Assembly (NCBI GenBank): GCA_951804945.1
Contig: OX638153.1
Coordinates: forward strand, 102,548,001 to 102,612,000
Length of the DNA stretch: 64,000 nucleotides
Direction: 5' to 3'
Source: Podarcis cretensis
Taxonomy: Eukaryota
Every line of letters begins with the position of its first letter. The stretch's first letter is position 1. Below, piece after piece: positions 58,358 to 64,000 of this stretch. Below the pieces are notes generated by a model, which saw only the letters and a program-made list of their open reading frames with translations, was not told the origin of the DNA and did not search any database. The translations under genes and the position numbers were made by a program.

Positions 58358-59095
58358 CTAAGAACCTTTCAAGGAGGGTGAAAGAGGAGAGCGCAAAATA
58401 TGGTCTGAAGCTCAACATCAAAAAAACCAAGATCATGGCCACTGGGCCCATCATCTCCTGGCAAATAGAAGGGGAAGAAATGGAGGCAGTGAGAGATTTT
58501 ACTTTCTTGGGCTCCATGATCACTGCAGATGGTGACAGCAGCCACAAAATTAAAAGACACCTGCTTCTTGGGAGAAAAGCAATGACAAACCTAGACAGCA
58601 TCTTAAAAAGCAGAGACATCACCTTGCCAACAAAGGGCCGTATAGTTAAAGCCATGGTTTTTCCAGTAGTGTGGTATGGAAGTGAGAGCTGGACCATAAA
58701 GAAGGCTGATCGCCGAAGAATGGATGCTTTTGAGTTATGGTGCTGGAGGAGACTCTTGAGAGTCCCATGGACTGCAAGAAGATCAAACCTCTCCATTCTG
58801 AAGGAAATCAGCCCTGAGTGCTCACTGGAAGGACAGATCCTGAAGCTGAGGCTCCAGTACCTTGGCCACCTCATGAGAAGAGAAGACTCCCTGGAGAAGA
58901 CCCTGATGTTGGGAAAGATTGAGGGCGCAAGGAGAAGGGGGCGACAGAGGACGAGATGGTGGGACAGTGTTCTTGAAGCTATGAACATGAGTTTGTCCAA
59001 ACTGCGGGAGGCAGTGGAAGACAGGAGTGCCTGGCGTTCTCTGGTCCAGGGGGTCACGAAGAGTCGGACACAAGTCAATGACTAAACAACAACAA
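58358..59095 (+). mobile_element. BovB (RTE) LINE, 5'-truncated, ORF open to its natural stop
   Basis: VKEESAKYGLKLNIKKTKIM...FELWCWRRLLRVPWTARRSN...QGVTKSRT; (CAA)n tail. Confidence 0.95.
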
Positions 59096-60255
59096 ATTGA
59101 TGGACCTACAGTAATAGGTCTCTAAAGCCATTTGGACATGTTGCCAGACAACCAGTCCATGCAGAATGTAGGCACCCTATATATAGAAAGGAGCAAAGCA
59201 GTCACATTTTTGGGAGCAGGCTAGCAGGCAGGGCCCATGACTTACATCCTAGGAGCCGACACAACACAAAACACTGTTGCTGGATGTTGGGGGGGGGCAA
59301 GAGCGTGGGGCCCTAAGCTATAGCTTGGCACGAATTCCCGCCGGGCTCCCTAGGCTTGCGGATAGCTGCCTGCATCCTGAAGCCTGGGGCGTACTGAGCA
59401 GCCCCAGCCCCGCGCCTGGGGGAGAAATAATATTTTTTTTCTTTATTCCCCCCCCCCCAAACTAGGTGCGCCCTGTGGGGCAAAAAATACGGTAAATCCA
59501 GCACTGGGAATCAGCATCATTAAATCCATCATGCCTCCATTCTGCTGGGCGGCTGAGCAACACAAGTAATGCAAAATGAAACCACCAAACACATCAGGTC
59601 TAAAGACAAGCCCCCCTTCCCCCCACCCATTAATCCAGATTACAACAGGACGTGGGGTTTGGCTTCCCACCTCGCCAGCCTTGAACAAATCGTGCTCACC
59701 CAGCCCCTTCCTCTGCTACAAAACGGAGTCCTTCCAGACACAGCACAACTGAACTGCGGAACTCCCTCCCACAGGAGGCTGCCAAGGCCACCGACCTCAA
59801 TGGCTTGAAAAGATGAAGCTTAGACCATTTTACCCAGAGAGAGGGCTATGGGTGGGTCTTAGGCACAGCGGCTCTGCTCTTCCTTTGCAGCTTGAGGCCA
59901 GCAGTGCTTCTGAATGTCAGTTTCTGGAAAGCACAGCAGATCCTGCTGGCTGGTTTCCTATTAAGGGCTGCTGTGAGAACAGGGTGCTGGGCTTGATGGG
60001 CCACTGGCCAGCAGTCTCACGCTCTCATGTATCCCTTCCCCTGCCTTTCCAACACCAAATCACCAGTCATGGTTGAACTCCCAACTGCCCCAGACAGCAA
60101 GACTGATGGTCAGGGATTTGGGGAGCTGTAGTGTAACGTTAAAGAGCAAGCCCCCCCCAACCCTCCTTGCCCTCAAAGACCCAAATATTCACCACCAGCG
60201 GACTCAATAAGCTTTGGGGAAAGCATTTTGTTTGTTTCAGACCAGGATTTATATA

Positions 60256-60503
60256 CAGTAGTACCTTGGTTTACGAACGTAATCCGTTCTGGAAGTCAGT
60301 TCTTAAACCAAAGTGTTCTTAAACCAAGGCATGCTTTCCCATAGCAGCGGGGAAATTTACAAAAGGAACACACTCAATAGGAAGCGGAACATGTTCTGCT
60401 TCCAAGGCAAAGTTCACAAACCAAAACACCTACTTCCGGGTTTGCAGCGTTCTGAATCCAAGTTGTTCATAAACTAAGCTGTTCTTAAACAAAGGTACCG
60501 CTG
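60256..60503. mobile_element. Tigger/mariner-like MITE
   Basis: TA|CAGTAGTACCTTGGTTT ... AAACAAAGGTACCGCTG|TA. Confidence 0.8.
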
Positions 60504-61681
60504 TATAGTTAAACTGCAACTTACACACATTTTATTTGTGCATATTCAGCTTTACGCACTTGGCAATTGAAAGAAAGAAAGAAAGAAAGAAAAGGGGCAG
60601 GAGTCCAGAAAAAAAGCCTTTGTTTTCAATGGTGGGACTGCCAATGTTTTGACTATATGCAATTTTGGCTTCAGGCATGATCCCTGGAAAGGAACCCCCA
60701 TGTAGGCTGAGAGCTTACCATACATGATTCTACTTCAGAAAAGACAGTTGGCTCCTCCATTATTTACCTTGCAATAGTATGACCTCTCATCTTAAAAAAT
60801 AAAATTAAACATAGTTTTTTTAACCATGCTCTAGGCACTCTGTTGGGAAACCTCTTTCCACCTTTTTGGAGAGTTTGGATCCAACTTCTCCCCCTGCCCC
60901 ACAAAGGAGAACAACAGGAAACATCCCCTTTGGCTGCAGCCTCAGCAGCTGAACAAATGCAAAAAGACATACAGTTAAATTAAGAACTTTATTCTAAATA
61001 CCAAGCAACCCAAAACACACTCTGACATTGCATAGAGCTCCTGCAGTTGCATCCTGGTGACGGCAGTGACAGTGAGCAAATGAAGCAGGAAGAGGCTGGT
61101 GAAGGTATTCCACAGCTGAACATACTGCTGGCAACTCTTTGCGCCTTCGTTTGCGGGGTCCCTCCAGCAGAGAAAAGGGAGGAGGAAGCAGAGGCTGCCC
61201 TGAGAGTTCTCTTTTTGACTTTGTGGGTCCAACACAGGAAGGGCAGTCAACAACTGATGTGTACCTGGCTTGGCTGAGGAAGTTGGGAGGTGTGTGGCTG
61301 CTTTCCTGGTGCTTGTCAGCTTCCTTTTCCCCTCGGGGTGAGCACACACCTCTCCCAAGAAAAGCCTGCAAGGCCAGGGGAGGGAGAAACAGGCTTGTCG
61401 ATGGAGCTTGCTTTTGCTATGCCACACAACTAGCCAAAAAGAAAAGCCAGCCAGCTGCAGACGTGCTGTGCAGGGTACATCAGAGCACCCATCAGGTGTA
61501 TTCCAATACCTATTGTTAAAGCTGGAGGGGGAGGATTGGGACACCCCAGAAGTAGTACCAAGTCCCCACCACGGCCTTGAGCTAAAGTCAGGAGGGTGAG
61601 CCTGACCGTTCCCTTACACCATAAGCACAAACGCGACATAGCCCTAAAACCCCAATCCTCCCTCTTTTGAGAAATCAACTA

Positions 61682-61883
61682 TGGTTGTACCTTGGAAGTC
61701 GAACGGAATCAGTTCTGGAAGTCCATTCAGAAACCAAAGCACGGCTTCTGATTGGCTGCAGGAAGTTCCTGCAGCCAATCGGAAGCCATGGAAGCCCCGT
61801 TGGACGTTCAGGTTCCAAAGAACGTTTGCAAACTAGAACACTCACTTCCAGGTTTGCGTTGTTCGGGATCCAAGGTATGACTG
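61682..61883. mobile_element. Tigger/mariner-like MITE with an internal hairpin
   Basis: GTACCTTGGA / TCCAAGGTATGACTG|TA ends; internal GATTGGCTGCAGGAA-G-TTCCTGCAGCCAATC palindrome. Confidence 0.75.
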
Positions 61884-64000
61884 TATTAAACGCATGCTTC
61901 AATGAAATACCATTCTTTGATGAATGAACTCTGCATTTTCAAAGAATGGGTAACGACTGACAAATCAAAATTGTTTGCAAAACAGTGGAGTGTGCAATCG
62001 GCAGGGCATCGCTGCAGTGCTTGATTGAGCACCCTCCCGCCGGGCAGACAGTGGACGGAGGTTCATAAAATTTAATCATTCTGGTTTCAATTGCCTAGAA
62101 GTGTTACACTGTATGTTTTGAACTTGGCTGAAGGGGGGGAAAGATACAAAATCTTCAGAAATCCATATAGAATCAATGCCTTAACCTTAATCAATTATAC
62201 TTGGATGGTAGTCTGGGCAGATTATAAGACTGCATGCTAAGGAAAGAAAGGAGACTGTTCACAAGAGATTCAGCTGCTGGGGGTGGGGCCTGAAAAGCAG
62301 CTTCTCTCCCTCCCCCACCCGAGTAGAGGAGGTTCTTCCCCGGACACCTCCACTTGCCAGGTCCTGGTGAAGAACCGGCCCTCCTGCAGAGCTCACTGGG
62401 AAGGATCCCTCCAGCACATTCCCAGGGGAAGTCAGAGGCCACCAGCTCACAGAGACCCCTCTGCTCTTCTGCTTCTCATAAGGCTTATATACACCTTGAT
62501 TTGGTATTTTAAAATTCTGCAGCTTGGTAGGAAAAGGGCCATCAATACATGCAAGACGAAGGGCCCCAAAGGCTGTGCAGGGCAGGCAACTCTGGCCTCA
62601 GCATCATGCAGCCAAGAGGTGCTGATTCCAAATGCAGGCATTTTTCCCCACCCTCTTTGCAGAGGAGCCTGAAGTCCAAAGGAGCTTTCGACAGATGGTG
62701 GGCCAGCAGAGAACAGGCTAAACTCCCCCAGGGCCAAGGGGGAGCTTCGCAAGCAATCAGGATGGCTTGAGGAAGCAAGCCAGTGGTATTAGACTTGTTT
62801 ATTTAGGGTCAGTGCTGTACAGAACAGACAACATCCCTGCCCAGAGGCTCACAATCTCAGCCAGCCAACTAGGGGACTGGGGGTGGGTGCCCTGGAGATG
62901 CTGCTCACTGGGACCAAGTGGGATACAGGTCAATGTCACTTCACCATGATGTTGTCAAAATAGGGCCGGCCCCACAGGTGGGGCTGGAAGCTGGAGTGCA
63001 ACCAGCATCTGGAGATCTGCTTTAAAGAGCAGAACATTCACTACAAGTTCTTCTCATGGGAAAATGCAGTCAAAGGAAACTACACTTTTACTTAAAACAT
63101 CAAAATAAAACTGCAAACGGGAAGCCAGACAGTGACTCTGATGTGGTAACGCTTACATGCAATTCCACACAGCCTGGACTTTTGTGGAAAGGTTAAGCTT
63201 GCTTCAACGGCCCCCTCCCCATTTTATTTATATTAAATGACTACACACACGTCTTTCTTGTAAGGGTACAAAGAGCCTAATGTTTTAAGACGACCCTTTC
63301 AATGAACTTTCAATGTGTTGTTCAGATGTCACACAGTAAACAAGCCACCTTAAAACAGATCCATAGAGTCATATGGAGTTGGGTCAACACATGGAATTTA
63401 GATCAAAATTAGGAAATGAAAAGCCAAAGCAGGATTGTCTCTCTACTCAAGTCTGGAGAGACCCACGACTCTTTCTCCCCTGCCTTCATCCATCTGCCAG
63501 GACCCCACCACTTGGGGCCTCCAGCACAAAGGCTGGTCTTCCATCCACAACCACTTACAGGTGGCACGGCAGCACAGTTCACCAGGCCACCCTATCGCTC
63601 TGGACAGGAAGAGGGAGGGAGGCGGATGCCAGTGATGCTTTTAGCGCAGATTTGCAAAGCTGACTTCCCTCCAACTTTGGGAAAGTGTGGCAAGCCCCTG
63701 GGCTGCCTCAGCTGACAAGGTGGCACACAACTCAATGGAGATTAAGGGTGAAAGAGCCCACAAGACAACACTCCACAGCCAAGCCCACAAGCAGAAGCAG
63801 AGAATGTTGCACAGCCTGGCAGGGTTGGAACATCATTTCCAGGCTCAGAACAGCCCCTGGAGGGAATGCAGAGCCCCGTTTCTCCTTCATTTTCCTCCTG
63901 GCTGCATTAATGCCACCTCCCTCTCTGCCTCTTTCTCCCCCTCCAGCAACAAGATACAGACTAGCAAGATTAACAAAGAATAAATATTCTACAAAAAGAA

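Noticed and set aside
52947-59095. Autonomous, active LINEs
   Set aside because: The CR1 and BovB copies are 5'-truncated and lack the endonuclease. The CR1 also has a frameshift and a premature stop.

Overview
Eukaryotic, GC-rich vertebrate genomic DNA. It is most likely from a squamate (lacertid-type) lizard, judged from the Sauria SINE, BovB, CR1, L1, L2 and tRNA-derived SINE content. Two intact spliced genes lie on the minus strand in the same tandem order as human 3q29. ACAP2 (BAR-PH-ArfGAP-ankyrin) has 23 core coding exons at 28504-57551 encoding 782 aa, plus a 21-nt microexon, a 105-nt cassette exon, a GC-AG intron and an alternative ACAP3-like read-through C-terminus. XXYLT1 is very compact, with 4 exons at 23497-26267 encoding 379 aa. 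The first ~22 kb has no recognisable intact gene. It holds a 3'-truncated GNG5 retrocopy, a solo LTR, nested transposons, a candidate SOX/FOX/TCF enhancer and an orphan CpG-rich island. I found no convincing wholly new system. The best leads are ACAP2 alternative splicing, a young inverted CR1 pair bracketing exons 2-11, a chimeric L2+BovB insertion at the promoter and the GNG5 retro-ORF. Homology calls come from my recall of the families, not from database searches. Repeat boundaries without a TSD are approximate.
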